From Octopus vulgaris (lineage: Eukaryota): DNA of 64,000 bases. Every line of letters begins with the position of its first letter. Positions within the stretch are counted from its first letter, which is position 1. Where the stretch lies: the NCBI GenBank assembly GCA_951406725.2, contig OX597818.1:51708001-51772000 (forward strand), given 5' to 3'. Shown here in pieces: positions 25,034-40,010 of the stretch. A model generated the notes under the pieces. It saw only the letters and a program-made list of their open reading frames with translations, did not search any database and was not told where the DNA came from. The position numbers and the translations under genes are program-made.

Positions 25034-26020
25034 TTCGTAGACAGGGACTGAACACAAATCAATCGTATATATATGTATGTATATATGTAAGTGTATGTGT
25101 TTTGGTATTGGCAACATGAATGACAATGGTCAGAGACTACTTGAATTTTGCACATACCATAACCCGTGCATCACCAACACATTCTTTGGCAGCAAGACAT
25201 CCCACAAGGAATCTTGGAGACATCCTATATCTCAGCACTGGCATCAGCTGGATCTCATCATTACACGAAGATCCTTTCTGAATTCTGTTCAACTGACCCG
25301 TAGTTACCCCAGTGCGGATTGTGACATACATTATTCACTAATAAGAAGCAGGGTGAGGATTCTGCCTAACAAAGTCCATCACTCCAAGAAAATGGGCCGA
25401 CCACGCATTAACACTGCCAGAACCTCGGACCCTACAGTGCGAAAATGTTTTGCTGTTTCCATCAAGGTTGCCCTCAGTAGCTGCCCAACTCCTCTGCTGA
25501 AAGTAGGTGGAATTATATCAGGGAAGCTTTGTATACCACATCAATAGATACTTTCGGCATGAGAGAAAGGCAAAACCCAGATTGGTTCAGTGCTGGGCTC
25601 TCAGAGCTGGAAACAGTTATCGAAGCAAAGCGTGCAGCTCTGATGCAATACAAGAGTGATTCTTCTACAAAGTCACTCGAAGAACTCAGAAAGGCAAGAA
25701 ATAAAACCCAACTGACTGCCAGACGCTGTGAAATAGGTATTGGCAGGAAATCTGTCAGAGTATCCAGTCAGCTGCTGACAGTGGCGACAACCTTGGGATG
25801 TATGCCGGTTTGAAGAAGGCCCTCGGTCCATCCGCAACCAAGTCAGCCCCTCTGAAATCAACTACTGGAGATCTCATCAAGGACCAAAGCAAGCAAATGG
25901 ATAGATGGGTGGAGTACTACCAGGATCTCTACCCACGGGAGACCACTGTAGCTGAGGCTGCAATCGAAGGTGTCAAGATCTTGCCAGTCATGTGTGAACT
26001 TGATACGAAAGCATCCCTCT
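22396..26020 (-). repeat. Inverted, deletion-ridden copy of ~17330-21830
   Basis: The same elements occur in reverse order and orientation: Tx1-like LINE (22396-23425), Helitron-like, SINE A, Helitron-like, RTE. Confidence 0.9.
25100..26015 (+). mobile_element. RTE-clade LINE fragment (inverted copy)
   Basis: ORFs 25077-25547, 25529-25813 and 25798-26031 match the 17330-18246 peptides. Confidence 0.9.
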
Positions 26021-26216
26021 CTCTCCATTGAAACTTCTACTAAACAACGTACAACAACTATTGACCTGGATATATGTTATTTACCTTTTTTAGTGACAGC
26101 TTTTATATGCGACATCTAAAATTTTACATTGAACATAACATACATATCTGCATATATATATATATATATATATATATGTTTATTCATATAATATGATATT
26201 TATATATATGTATATA

Positions 26217-26263
<47 letters not shown>

Positions 26264-26287
26264 GTATATATATGTATATATATATAC

Positions 26288-26325
<38 letters not shown>

Positions 26326-27914
26326 AATATATATATACATGTATATACATATATATACATATATATATACACATATATATATAATCAACTAACCCCAAGG
26401 GTGAGAAATTTGGATACTAATTAATAGTCATCCATTTAACACCATGACTTAGTGCATAAAAAACCCGGATGACGATGCAATTTTATACATATAATATGAG
26501 AGAGTAACCACTATGCGGTCTACTCTCTAGCACTAAAAATAGATCCGCTAGGTTTCAGCCACAAAAGAATGGTTTCCGATGAAAGTTAGTACTGACCAAT
26601 AGCAGCAATCGAGCTTTTCAACCGGGCAAATAAACATTAAAAAATGCAGATGTTATCTCAGGACAATTGGATTTCGCTATTAATAAATTATGTAATCTTT
26701 ACCACTGAACATGATATCAGTAGCTCTTCAGCCGAACCCGTCCAGAATACAATTTACTCGACCGCAGTTTTTCACCATAACGAAAAACACACGTGAGGTA
26801 GCCAGTCGATTGCATTTCCCGTTATAATTGTGCAAGTCTTCCTCGCCACGGTGCCAAAATAGTCACGGAAACAGATACTACATCCAAAATTAAAGTGTTT
26901 AGCATAATTACAATCAACTAATAAGGGTGAGAAAAATTGATACTAATTTAATCAGTACATCACATTTAACATCGTTGGCCCCAGATAGTGTTAAACTAGT
27001 TAAAGGTCTAACCAGATGAGAGAAAAGTGTCAACAGTTTGCAAACTTCTTTTGATGGCTGAAACTCTGTGGATCTACTTAGTCACAAGAGTAGACCACAT
27101 AGTGTTCTTACCAAGTGCTATAGATTGTACATATATATATATATATATATATAAGACTATATATACCTGGGTGGCTATATCGGATATCCTATATATATAT
27201 ATATATATGACCTATAGGTAGGTACATAGCCTACTGTTTATATGTATATCATTATGTATATATATATTCTTTGCTGATTCAGTGAACATATATTCCTATT
27301 TCAAAGAAATTCATATACATATATATATAAGACCCAAGATTTTCAATACAATACATATATATATATGGACATTAAGATACCACTCATTTATATATACATA
27401 TATATATATACTTTACTAATACATACTAAGACAATTTTAATATATGACATAGTATATACAAACATACAGTATGGGGATAAATATTTACATACATACGCAT
27501 GGGTTTACTCCATCTATAGCATTTTACTGTATGAAATCTGAAACATAGATTACTCCTTGCTATTTCGATCTTTCCATATTTTCGAATATCCCTTATGACA
27601 GAAAAGCTGTCCAATTCTCTAAAGAGAATACATAATCCTTGTTTTGTTTTTTTAATATATACTATATATATCATGTCCTACTCAGATGATATATATAATT
27701 CATAGCATTACATTCATTGTGGAATGGTTTTATCACGACCACCTTAACATGTATGCACATATATAGGAAAGATGTATGAGCTTTACTCTATATATATTAA
27801 AGTATCCCATTGTATGGTTTTAATATGTATGTAATTTCTATCCATATTTCCTATACTCTTTACTATATATGCTTACTCTTTTATGTCTGTATATACATAC
27901 GTATTCTAGTATAT

Positions 27915-28340
27915 TTGACTGCAGCCATGCTGGATGTATGCCTGCCTTTAACCGAGCAACTCGACCCCGGGACTTATTCTTTGTGTTTCATATATTGTAC
28001 TTACGTATATCTATCGGTCTCTATATTGCCGAACTATGCTAAGTGATCATCCTACGTAAACACAAAGCATCGGTTGTCAAGCAATGCTAAAGAGAGAGAG
28101 AAACACGAACACAAGATAAAGATATATATATGATAGGTATACATAAAAACGACCAGGCTTCTTTCAGTAAAATCTTCCGTCTATATTTTCGGCACTCACA
28201 AGGCAGTTGGTTTGCCCGGGGCTGATAGCAAAAGACACTTGCCCAAGTCATTGCCAATATCAGCAATTAGTGGGACTGAACCCGTCTTCCAATGTCAGAG
28301 TTGGTTAGCAAGCTACAGTTACCACACAGCCACTCCTGCC
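27915..28340 (-). mobile_element. SINE family A, noisy copy
   Basis: tcgaccccgggacttattct..gcatcggttgtcaagc..aagacacttgcccaag..ttaccacacagccactcctgcc. Confidence 0.75.
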
Positions 28341-28754
28341 TTTGATATACAATATTTAAACAGATTTAAATTCCTCTTCCTAAACAAAACAAAACAATGC
28401 TAAAATTTGTATATAGTAAAAGACGAAGGAATCTTTACTAGCAGCTCTGAGACATATCCTTTTCATATAGTAAACTGAGTAAAGTTTCTAGCATTATCTA
28501 AATTTCCAGTAAAATAAGGGTCTGCGAGATTCAGTCTGATATAATTTGATTTATCACATCATATATATTAGATACACATATTGATATTCATACTTCCCAA
28601 TGAGACTGGTTATTCAAAATTGTTGTCTTCTTATATTACGGCTTGGAAATTTACATTGTTACTATTACATCTTCTAAATATAAATGGCAACTATCTCTTA
28701 TATACCTATATGTGTGTGTGTGCTATATATAGGCCCGCACGTCTTTAAGACAGC

Positions 28755-29208
28755 TAGTGGCTGTGGTAAGTAGCTTGTTTACCAACCATTCAGGTTCCGG
28801 GTTCAGTCCCACTACGCGGCACCTTGGGCAAGTATTCTACTATAGCATCTTACGGGCCGACCAAAGCCTTGTCCCGACAATGGGGATTTGGTTCCGTCGG
28901 AAACTGAAATGAAGCCCGTCGTATATACGTACTAGATATCGCCACCGTGTGTGTCCCCTGTGTGTTTGTGTGTCTTAGTTTCAGCGATCCCCCTTGCATT
29001 GCTTGACAATAGGACCGATGCTGGTGTGTTTATGTCCCTGTTCCTTAGCGGTTCGGCAAAAGAGACCGATAGAGATTCAAGTATGGGCGTTACAATAGAT
29101 ATAAGTCCCGGGGTCGAGTTGCTCGATATAAAGGCGGTGCTCCATATATGGCCGCAGTCAAATTTCTGTTGAAACAAGTAAAAGAGTAAAGCAAAGAGAG
29201 TAAAGAGT
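28755..29208 (+). mobile_element. SINE family A, noisy copy
   Basis: gtggctgtggtaagtagcttg..ggttccgggttcagtccc..gaaacaagtaaaagagtaaa. Confidence 0.8.
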
Positions 29209-29835
29209 TAATTTAGTTTTAGACCCCCCCCCATGTATCTTATTTTGTGTGGTTTTCTACTGTCTCTAAATTATAGTAGGCTTCAATAAGACTGGATTAT
29301 TTTGAAACTCATTCTGCATACAAAATTCAGTAAGCTTAGTTTTTCATTTTGGCACGATTTCCGGAATGTTTGGTTTCTAGTGGGTGGTGGATAATTTCTG
29401 ACTACATTTTAAATGATTTATCCTTCATGTCGGAAACTATTTTGCGTTTTTGGTCCTCTGCACCTGAGATAGAGCATATATGTATATAGTTTCTTTCAAA
29501 TATATGTATACATGTTTTCTCAGTCTATCTGCTATATATAATAACCGCCTTGAAATGGCCGTGATGTATTGATAAGTTCATACATATGACACATCGCTTG
29601 TTACTTATTTACATTCGTGATTTTCACCTAACTGGGAACTGTGAGCAACATACCGCGATTGGCGATTAGTGTATACTTTTATATATACATACACATATGT
29701 CTTTTTGAATGCTTCTACCAATTATATGTTTCACATAGATAGATAGATATATGTCTTGTATATGCATACACACACACGCACACATACACACACATACACA
29801 TACATACATACATACATATAATACACATATACACA

Positions 29836-29882
<47 letters not shown>

Positions 29883-30074
29883 GCGCTCGAGCATATATGT
29901 AGATGTAGGCATTGTCTGGTTACGATGTCCGCTTCGGAACTACATAGCTACTAGAGAGTTCGGTCCCACACTATGGCATCTTGACAAATAACTTTTTTCT
30001 ATAGCTCCAAATTGATCAATGCCATGTGAGTAGATTTGGTAGACAGGAACTGTGTATGTATATATAAAAGTATA

Positions 30075-30289
30075 CAGTAATCCCTCGCCTATCGCGGTGT
30101 TACGTTCCACCCCCACTCCCCGCGATACGTGAAAATCCGCGATGTAGAAACAGTATTGTAATGTATATTTTTTTAATAATTTGTATATACTTATTTTATT
30201 ATAAATGCAAAACAACACCACGGAGGAATCGGTATAAGCTTAAATAAAACGCGATAGGTGAACCGCGATATGATAGTGAGGGATTACTG
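30075..30289. mobile_element. Tc1/mariner-type MITE (duplicate of 13874-14086)
   Basis: Same TIRs and TA flanks. Confidence 0.85.
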
Positions 30290-30295
30290 TATATA

Positions 30296-30357
<62 letters not shown>

Positions 30358-30666
30358 AATACAAAATGGGACAAGAACGCAAAACACTCAAATAGACGAC
30401 ACTGAAAAAACGGACGGGTCATTCGAAGCCTCTAATCTCAGTCAAGAACCGGATCATCTCGCCAATTTCGGCTGATTAATCTTGAGATCGCTCCGATCCG
30501 GCCAGCCCCAAGGAAAAACTAAGCTACGAGCATTAGATTTCTTGGAAAAAGGATCGAATGTATACGAAACAAGGACAGGAAAACGAACGATGCCACACGA
30601 ATATAAATACAAAAAACAATAATAATAATAACAGGACAAAACAGTATATCCATATGATATATCCAT

Positions 30667-30725
<59 letters not shown>

Positions 30726-31772
30726 GCTGTCGTAATCTCTTTTATAGAGACTTAGTAATTTTAATATTTCTATTATTGAAAACAAGTGGATGTATTCCAC
30801 TGAAACTAGGTAATATAAGCCTTCGAACAGAGACGTCAGTGGCGACACCTGCGTGGCCTGACTGCGTTATACTTTGACAAGGGGCAATACCCCGAAACGC
30901 GTCATTTCGTCAGCTCCACAAGGACTAAACACATGTGGCGGCTGACTAAACAAGGACAGACATGGTATATAATGGATTACATCGACCCTAGTGCGTAACA
31001 TGGTACTGTATTGCTATCGACCCCGAATAGGCTATCGAAAGGCGCAAGTCGACCTCGCCTCAGTGGAGTAGTTTTCCAGAACCTTCACAACGATTTAACG
31101 CAGATATTATAAGAATGCCATATTCGCCCGGCGTGCGATAACGTAATTCTGCCAGCTCGAAACGCCTTTGAAATCTCGTTCTCTACATCAGAGACTTCGA
31201 ATTTTACTTGTATCGAATTTTATATCTACGATTGATGCTATATATATATCTTAAAGCAATGAACTATATCTTTATATATGATATATACTCATATATATCT
31301 ATAATAAAGACCACCGAGACAGTCAAAAGATAATATTGCTTACGTTCTATGTTTTGGAGAAAATAAATTAAAGATAATAAAACAGATTCCTTCGTCTTTT
31401 TTATGAATACGGCTGTTGTTTTGTTTTTGTTTAGGAGAGGAGAAATTTTGTTTTTAGAAAAGAAATATTGTTTTTTGGAGTAAAGGAGAAATACATACAC
31501 ACATTATCTATTTATGCTATTTGTATGACCTCCTTCTGTTTATGAATGCTTCCACGAATTCTATTGAATCTTCTATTCACCAGCTGTTTTGCTTCCCACT
31601 TAGCCATCAGTGTAATTACTTTGGTAAAGATATATATATATACTTATATATTTTATTTTATTTTTATTTTATCTGTCATCTTATCTTTACCTCTTGTTTT
31701 TCTTTTCCTCTTTTTTTTGTTAAGTTGTTTAAACTAAGGATGATTATATATATATATATATATATATATATC

Positions 31773-31834
<62 letters not shown>

Positions 31835-31842
31835 GTATGTAT

Positions 31843-31885
<43 letters not shown>

Positions 31886-31886
31886 C

Positions 31887-31917
<31 letters not shown>

Positions 31918-31943
31918 CATACATACATATATATATATATATG

Positions 31944-32016
<73 letters not shown>

Positions 32017-33335
32017 TAGCAGAGATACCCGGCGTTGCCCGTGTTACATACAATTGAAGAATTAGACTTTTCTGTCATATTTTCTCTAATGAACTGGAAT
32101 ATCTATGTTTCGAATTTCATCAAAATTGCAGATGAGGGTTATTTCCCTCTTTACACACCCACCAAAAATTGTAATCGTGCCACATATATCCCATACTACT
32201 GATTTTTATGCGCATATTCCAAAATTCCAGTCTTATTGAACCTTTTAAAAAGATTTTTCCCCTGAAAAATGAAGGTCATAGAGCTCTAAAATGTGAGAGT
32301 TAAGGCCCCTGTTGGGGGTGGGCATCTTAATGTCAACCAGAGAAGTTGAATTGTTGAAAATCTTTTTTACTTGGGTCTTATATATATTGTTTGAATTTCT
32401 TTGAAATAGGAAATATATGTTCACTGGGTTTGTAAAAGAGAGCAAAGCTACAGGAAACCAAAAGACGAATGATCACAATAAGCAGTCAGTTACCCTACCC
32501 TAGTCGTTACCACTCCCAATATAGGATTCCTCACCACCCAGGTGACAGGCACAGCCGTAAGATGCATTACGAATCTATAGCACTTGGAAGGGCGTGACCC
32601 AACTGAAATAAACATTAACAACTGTGTGACGTGAGGGCTAAGGAGAAATGAAAGTTGGAGTTTGCAAATGACCACTATACTGATCAGTCACTCATCTGGG
32701 AAGACCTTGAAATCAATGTTACCATCTGGGGACTATGTGTGACCGAGTGATAATAAAAAGACTGAAAGGAAGTCTGCAATCAAATAACTTTACTCAACAC
32801 TTTGCAACTGAGTCAGTGGAGGCAAAGATGCCTCTCATTTACTTGACAATTTATGCACCACATTTCAGAAATCACAATGTATGTGTATGCCAAAGCAAAC
32901 TCTTACACTGTTGTACCATTGAATTCAGAAATCACAATGTATGTGTATGCCAAAGCAAACTCTTACACTGTTGTACCATTGAATTACAAATAATGCTCAA
33001 CTTTTATGCTCGGGTAACCCTAGAGCTTCCAAGAGCACAACTGTATTCGTTTTTGCTTTGATAAAATGACAAAATTGCGAATGTTAAGTCCCCATGTTGG
33101 GGTCTTTATAACTTGTATGAAGATGGAATTTTATAAATATTACTTCATTTGTGTCTAATATCTATGGTTAAAATTTCCTCAACAGCAAAAATATATGAAT
33201 TGTCATGGGGGTTATGGCCCTTATGCATAGAATATAATTTCCAAATTTCATAAAGATTCATTCAGTACTTTTGACCTAGTTTTGGATCAAAAAAGAAATG
33301 ACTAAATTTTGGGAGTTAAGGCTCCCATTAGGGTT

Positions 33336-33543
<208 letters not shown>

Positions 33544-33559
33544 ACCATGACAGTCTGGC

Positions 33560-33598
<39 letters not shown>

Positions 33599-33599
<1 letters not shown>

Positions 33600-34515
33600 G
33601 GATAGCACTGTCAAGTTCACACATGACTGGCAAGATCTTGACATCCTCGATTGCAGCCTCAGCTACCGTGGTCTCCGTGGGTAGAGATCCTGGTAGTACT
33701 CCACCCATCTATCCATTTGCTTGCTTTGGTCCTTGATGAGATCTCCAGTAGTTGATTTCAGAGGAGCTGACTTGGTTACGGATGGACCGAGGGCCTTCTT
33801 CAAACCGGCATACATCCCATGGGTGTCGCCACTGTCAGTAGCTGACTGGATACTCTAACAGATTTCCTGCCAATACCTATTTGCACAGCGTCTGGCAGTC
33901 AGTTGGGTTTTATTTCTTGCCTTTCTGAGTTCTTCGAGTGACTTTGTAGACGAATCACTTTTGTATTGCATCAGAGCTGCACGCTTTGCTTCGATAACTG
34001 TTTCAAGCTCTGAGAGACCAGCACTGAACCAATCTGGGTTTTGCCTTTCTCTCATGCTGAAAGTATCTATTGATGTGGTATACAAACCTTCCCTGATATA
34101 ATTCCACCTACTTTCAGCAGAGGATGTTGGGCAGCTACTGAGGGCAACCTTGATGGAAACAGCAAGACATTTTCGCACTGTCGGGTCCGAGGTTCTGGCA
34201 GTGCTAATGCGTGGTCGGCCCATTTTCTTGGAGTGATGGACTTTGTTAGGCAGAATCCTCACCCTGCTTCTTATAAGTGAATGATGTATGTCACAATCAG
34301 CACTGGGGTAACTACGGGTCAGTTGAACAGAATTCAGACAGGATCTTCGTGTAATGATGAGATCCAGCTGATGCCAGTGCTGAGATATTGGATGTCTCCA
34401 AGATGCCTTGTGGGATGTCTTGCTGCCAAAGAATGTGTTGGTGATGCACGGGTTATGGTATGTGCAAAATTCAAGTAGTCTCTGACCATTGTCATTCATG
34501 TCGCCAATACCAAAA
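33599..34515 (-). mobile_element. RTE-clade LINE fragment (duplicate)
   Basis: ORF 33855-34565 is identical to 17586-18296. Confidence 0.9.
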
Positions 34516-34544
34516 CACATACACTTACATATATACATACATAA

Positions 34545-34617
<73 letters not shown>

Positions 34618-34660
34618 ACGATTGATTTGTTTCAGTCCCTGTCTACGAAATCCTTATATA

Positions 34661-34741
<81 letters not shown>

Positions 34742-35105
34742 TAGCAGTATCACCCGGTGTTGCTTGGATTTGTTTGGACCCTTTAGAATTGGAATTTTTG
34801 AAAAGTAAAAATTTTGCATTATGCAACTTGTTATTCTCTTCAAGTGAACGTTTTTCCAGTTGAAATACACCGAAAAATGGTGACACAGCAGTCAAAAAGT
34901 CCACTATTCACTATTCAATGCATGGGATAAGGCCTAAACAAACACATTATCGATTTTTTCACTTGCGAGATGAATTTCGGAACAGAAAGAGCGCAGTTCA
35001 ATTTTCATTCGCCTAAACTTTAAGTGACCCATTTTTAGTGGTTCTACGATTTGTTGGCTAGGAGGAGATGTGCCGGGAAGTTAAACACACAGACACACAA
35101 GCTGA

Positions 35106-35169
<64 letters not shown>

Positions 35170-36025
35170 ACACACACATACACACACACACATAAAGATA
35201 AAGTGATAGATACAACTGAGTGGGCATACAAAAATATGAGACACTGCGTAGTGCTTTTTATATTTTGATAAGCCTGATACTTATTCTATCTGTTTCTTCT
35301 TGTGAAACCAGTAAGTTATGGGGATGTAAATAAACGAACACCAGTTGTGAAGCAGTTATGAGGGAGAAACACAAAGACACACACATAGACTTACATATAT
35401 ACATACATATACATACAATTGATTTCTTTCAGTTTCTGTCTACAAAATCCACTGACAAGGCTTTGGTTGGTCTGAGGCTATAGCAGAAGACACATGCCAA
35501 GTTACCACACAGTGGGACTGAACTGAGGACCATGTGTTTTGGAACCAAGTTTGTTACCACACAGCCAATGTATGTGTGTGTGTGTGTGTGTGTGTGGGTG
35601 GAGGTGTGTGTATGGGTGTATATATGTATGCATGTAGATATGTGTATATATATGAGTATATATTACATGTACATCTATATATATATATATACATCTAGAC
35701 ATACATGTGTACATATACATGTATATCTATAGAAATACATCTATACATATACATGTATACACATACATCTATACATATACATGTATACATATACATCTAT
35801 ACATATACATGTATACATATACAGCTCGTTTTCGTTTCTCGTTGAGTTCTACGTCTATTTGTGGTGTCCTGTACTCACATATATATATTTATATATGCAT
35901 GTATATATACATGTAGATGTAGGTACGTACATATATGTATGTATGTATGCATATATTTTATTTATTAATTTATTGCATGACTGAGCGCCCTCGCGTCGTT
36001 TCCTTTCTTTTCTGTTCTCCAAGTA

Positions 36026-36074
<49 letters not shown>

Positions 36075-36459
36075 TCACAGAGAGCTGTTTTTATTTCACT
36101 TTTAACACGTAATACTGAAATAGTGGAGAAGATATGATATTGCTGTGGGCCCGCCCTAAGCAACATGGACCCTAAGTAAGGCATGTCTAAAATTTGAATG
36201 AAATTGGTTTTGTAGTTCTCAAGTTATAGGGATTCATAGTGGAGAAGATATGATATTGCTAAGGGCTCGCCCAAGGCAAAAAGTTAAAAAACTTTTTTTG
36301 CCCATGACACTCCATGGACCCTAAGTAAGGCATGTGTAAAATTTGAATGAAATTGGTTGTGTAGTTCTCAAGTTTTAGGGATTGACACAGACAGACAGAC
36401 AGACAGCTGGACAGATAGACAGACAGACACACATTCTTAGTTTTATATATATAGATATA

Positions 36460-38461
36460 CTAGGAAGGATTAGCATTAGCTAAGGACTTGGAGGAAGCAA
36501 TGGAATATGTCTCTGCAGCTCAGGTGACGGCCAAGAGACTGGCGTTAAACCAGCATCTCGAAGCCTAACACGGGTTGCATTGTTGGAGCCAGGATTCGTA
36601 CATTGGTTGTAAAGGAATCAAAGTATCAGGATGGGCCCGAGTGGTGGAAGCCCAACGTGGCAATGATGGCACAATTCGATCTTTGATGAACCAAAGAAGT
36701 AAGTTGATAAACGAGCCAGAGGAGATGCGTGAGGTCTTTCAGGAGCATTTCGCCCAGCTTTTCGGAGTGGGGGAAGCGGACCGGACAATAAGAGGGACCT
36801 TAGCTTAGCTTAGCTTAGTTTAGCTTAGCTTAGCTTAGCTACCGCGCCTCTCAGAGCTTGACGCGAAGTGTTGTGAAGGGCCGATCACGCCTGAGGAGGT
36901 AATTGAGGCTATGGCGCACCGCGACGCGGGTAAGGCACCGGGATTAGATGGTCTACCCTATGAACTGTATAAGCGTATGCCAGACTTGTTCGGGTACCTG
37001 CTGGCGAATGTCTATGCGAACTGGCAGCAGAATGAGTTAATTCCCAGATCTGTGCGCCGGGGAATGGTGAGGCTTGTCAGAAAGGACCCGAACAAGGAGG
37101 GACTGCATTGATAATTTTCGGCCCATCACTCTGCTAAACACAGAGTTGAAGATTTTGACCAAAGTGTTCTCGAAAAGATTGGCGCGTGTTGCGGATGGCT
37201 TGATCGGGAAGGCACAGGCATGTGCCGTTTCCCGTCTACAGTACACTGTAAAAGAGTTTCATAATGATTCTTGCAAGGGAGGGACAGTGGTCGATTTAGA
37301 CCAATCAAAGGCTTTTGATAGGATAGACCTGGTGTCCGTTCTGGCACAGTTCGGCCTGGGTATTAGCTTCTTCAGGTGGATCATTGAAATTTATAACAAC
37401 ATCGACTCAGTAGTTCGGGTGAATGGCTTTTTATCTAAGCCGCTCAGCTTCAAAGGCTCGGTTCGTCAAGGGTGTCCTCTCTCCCCGCTTTTGTATGTAA
37501 TGGCTCTTGAGCCATTGCTGCGAAAATAGAGCCAGGGAGGGCGGAGGTGGCCAATGTGTTCATCGCATCGGTCATCACCTACCGCCTATCCGCCGTTCCC
37601 TGCCTTGATTCGAGGTTGAGCAAGCTGGAAAGACAGCTCTTCCGCTTCTTGTGGAAGGGTTCGAATACGCTTGTGAGACACTCTAATTGCTGCCAACAAC
37701 CGTTAAAGGGTGGGCTACGGTTGCCTTGGCTGATGATGCGCAGGCACGCGCTGAGGTTGAGGCATCTGTGGATCCATCTGGATGGTGATCGGGTGTGGTC
37801 TCCGCTGGCGAAACAGTTGTTTCCCAAGTTCACTTACTTCGGTGGACTGGATGTCTGGTTCTATCGTAGATCGAAGTTGGGTACATGGTGTACGGAGTGT
37901 CGTAAGGCTCTCCGGATATTCCATCTAGTGGTTCTATCACATTCTTCTATAGAGGGCTGGTAGAGACGAAATGTGACGATAGCTTGGGGAAGCCTTAGGT
38001 CTCGACAATAATCAGCTGGCCAATATGTTCCAACGTACATTCGGGTCGAAGACACTGGATAACTTCCAGACGTCTTTGGCATGGCAATGTTACCGAGGAG
38101 TCTTACCTGTCCGGGACAAACTCGCAATCATGGTGGCCCTAACCTACCGACCTGTCCAAGATGTGGGCGAGTCAGGGAAACCGTCCCGCATGCTATTGTT
38201 CAGTGTTTGGTGGTTTCAGATGTGTGGGTTTATGCTGAACAACTATTGTCAAGTACAGGAAGAGTACATTTATCGACTGAGTCAATAGTAAAAATTGACC
38301 CACCGGATTTCCTCTCGAAAGAAGGTAAGAATTGCTTTCTCATCGTAGTAGCAAGAAAGGTGATTTGGAAGACGCGAATGAAAGGTTTAATAACAGGCAC
38401 TTTTATCTCTGGCCCTGGGTTGGTGGATTTCTTCTACCTAAGAAGGAAAATAGGGCTAGAA
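36460..38461 (+). mobile_element. Decayed Tx1/L1-clade LINE ORF2 (duplicate)
   Basis: ORFs are identical to those in 20302-22193. Confidence 0.93.
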
Positions 38462-39150
38462 ACGTAGCCTCAGTCCAGTCAAGAGAGCAAAAACTGTGAT
38501 ATTCCAGCAGCAAAAAGTTTCCTTTTTGAACATCAGTAAACTACTAAAGTGCAGTAAAACGGCTTGCGTGCAAGCGTGTAAGTTATTTTTGGAGACTGGT
38601 CAATATAAAGATCGGCAAAGGACTGGCGCCCCAAGAAAAAGGATGGCGCAGTTGGACCGTCGAATCCACCGACTTTCGGAAGGCAACTGAATGCTGACAG
38701 ACGTTGACATTTGTAAACAATTGTCCAACGAGAATGGTGTTATTTTTACACCATAAACCGTCCACAACCGTTTGAAAGAATTTGGACTACATGGAAAAAG
38801 CCTATAGTATCCGAAAAAGTCGACTCAAACGTCTTAATTTCGCAATTAGTAGCTTTGGTGTTGGCCCTCTAGTTAAAGTTGATGGAAAGCTAAATAGTGT
38901 AGATTTTATGAATCTAATAAAGGATAATGTGCCATATTTGACTCACCAAATGCCTCCGGGGGCTATTTATCAGCAGGACAATAGTCCTGTGCACAAATCC
39001 AAAAATATTATGGAATTATTTGATCACCATAATATTGACGTAATCGAATAGTCTCTCCAGAGCCCGAACCTAAATCCGATCGAGAACATGTGGAATTATG
39101 CTAAAAAACCATCTAATCTAAAACAATTATTCGATTATATCAATGAAAAG
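38460..39150 (+). pseudogene. Tc1-family (DD34E) transposase remnant; its start also appears at 22186-22295
   Basis: HTH region ..ETGQYKDRQRTGAPRK..LDRRIHRLS, then TVHNRLKEFGL, GVGPLVKVDGKLNS and YQQDNSPVH..SPNLNPIENMW with 34 residues between D and E. It has stops and lacks the first-D region. No TIRs were seen. Confidence 0.9.
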
Positions 39151-39873
39151 TATTTTCGCCAGTGTACATAAATATTTCTTGGTTATAGTAGTACATCAGT
39201 ACATAATGGAATATTCCAATAATCTATTATTTGCATGATTAAGTAAAAGTTCTCAAGACAATCGTTTTAATTTCTTATTTAAGCCTAGTAGTAATCCACA
39301 TTAAATTCGCGGCAGTTAACCTGACTCCTTGTTATGCCGCTTTCCTGGATTTTACCTGGAGAAAGGAACCCCGACAACCCGTTAAATTTTTCTGACATCA
39401 CTGCAGGTATGGAATAATACTCTCAATTGCCTCTGAATTTGCATTTATATGTTTCAGGTTTATATTTCTATATGCTTATCATCAGGCTCTTAATATAAAT
39501 ATGTGGATATTCGAATGGAATAATACCTCATATCTTACATCTGAATTATGAATTTGCTTTTCTGAATACTTTAAGACAAATATCTGAAATTTTTCTCGGA
39601 TAGCAAATTTATTAATCTTTAGCTAATATACGAGCGAAACAAGAGTTGAACTACATACAGAAACTTTATCTCTATTAAAATTCTCGAATTATATATATAT
39701 ATGTACATATACATTCATAGATACAATTTCCATTCTAGTAGGTTTCAAGAATATAGCACCTTAATATTTCATCTTTTCTCATATTTTATGTCTAAGAAAT
39801 GTATTTTCTATTCTGGTTTTTATATATTCCTCTTTCTACTAATACTGTATATTTATATCTATATATATAAATA

Positions 39874-40010
39874 TAAGTAGCTTCCTTACGAACCACAAGG
39901 TTCCGAGTTCAGTCCCACTGCGTGGCAGCTTGGGTAAGTGTCTTCTACTATAGCCGGGGGTTGAACAAAGCCTTGTGAGTGAATTTGGTAGACGGATACC
40001 GAAAGAAGGC
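39874..40010 (+). mobile_element. SINE family A 5' half abutting the satellite
   Basis: taagtagcttcctta..ggttccgagttcagtcccactgcgtggc..gtagacgga..gaaagaaggcc. Confidence 0.88.

Noticed and set aside
39334-39412. Possible mini-exon MPLSWILPGERNPDNPLNFSDITA ending at CAG|GTATGG
   Set aside because: It is only 24 codons, with no recognisable homology or partner exon; expected by chance.
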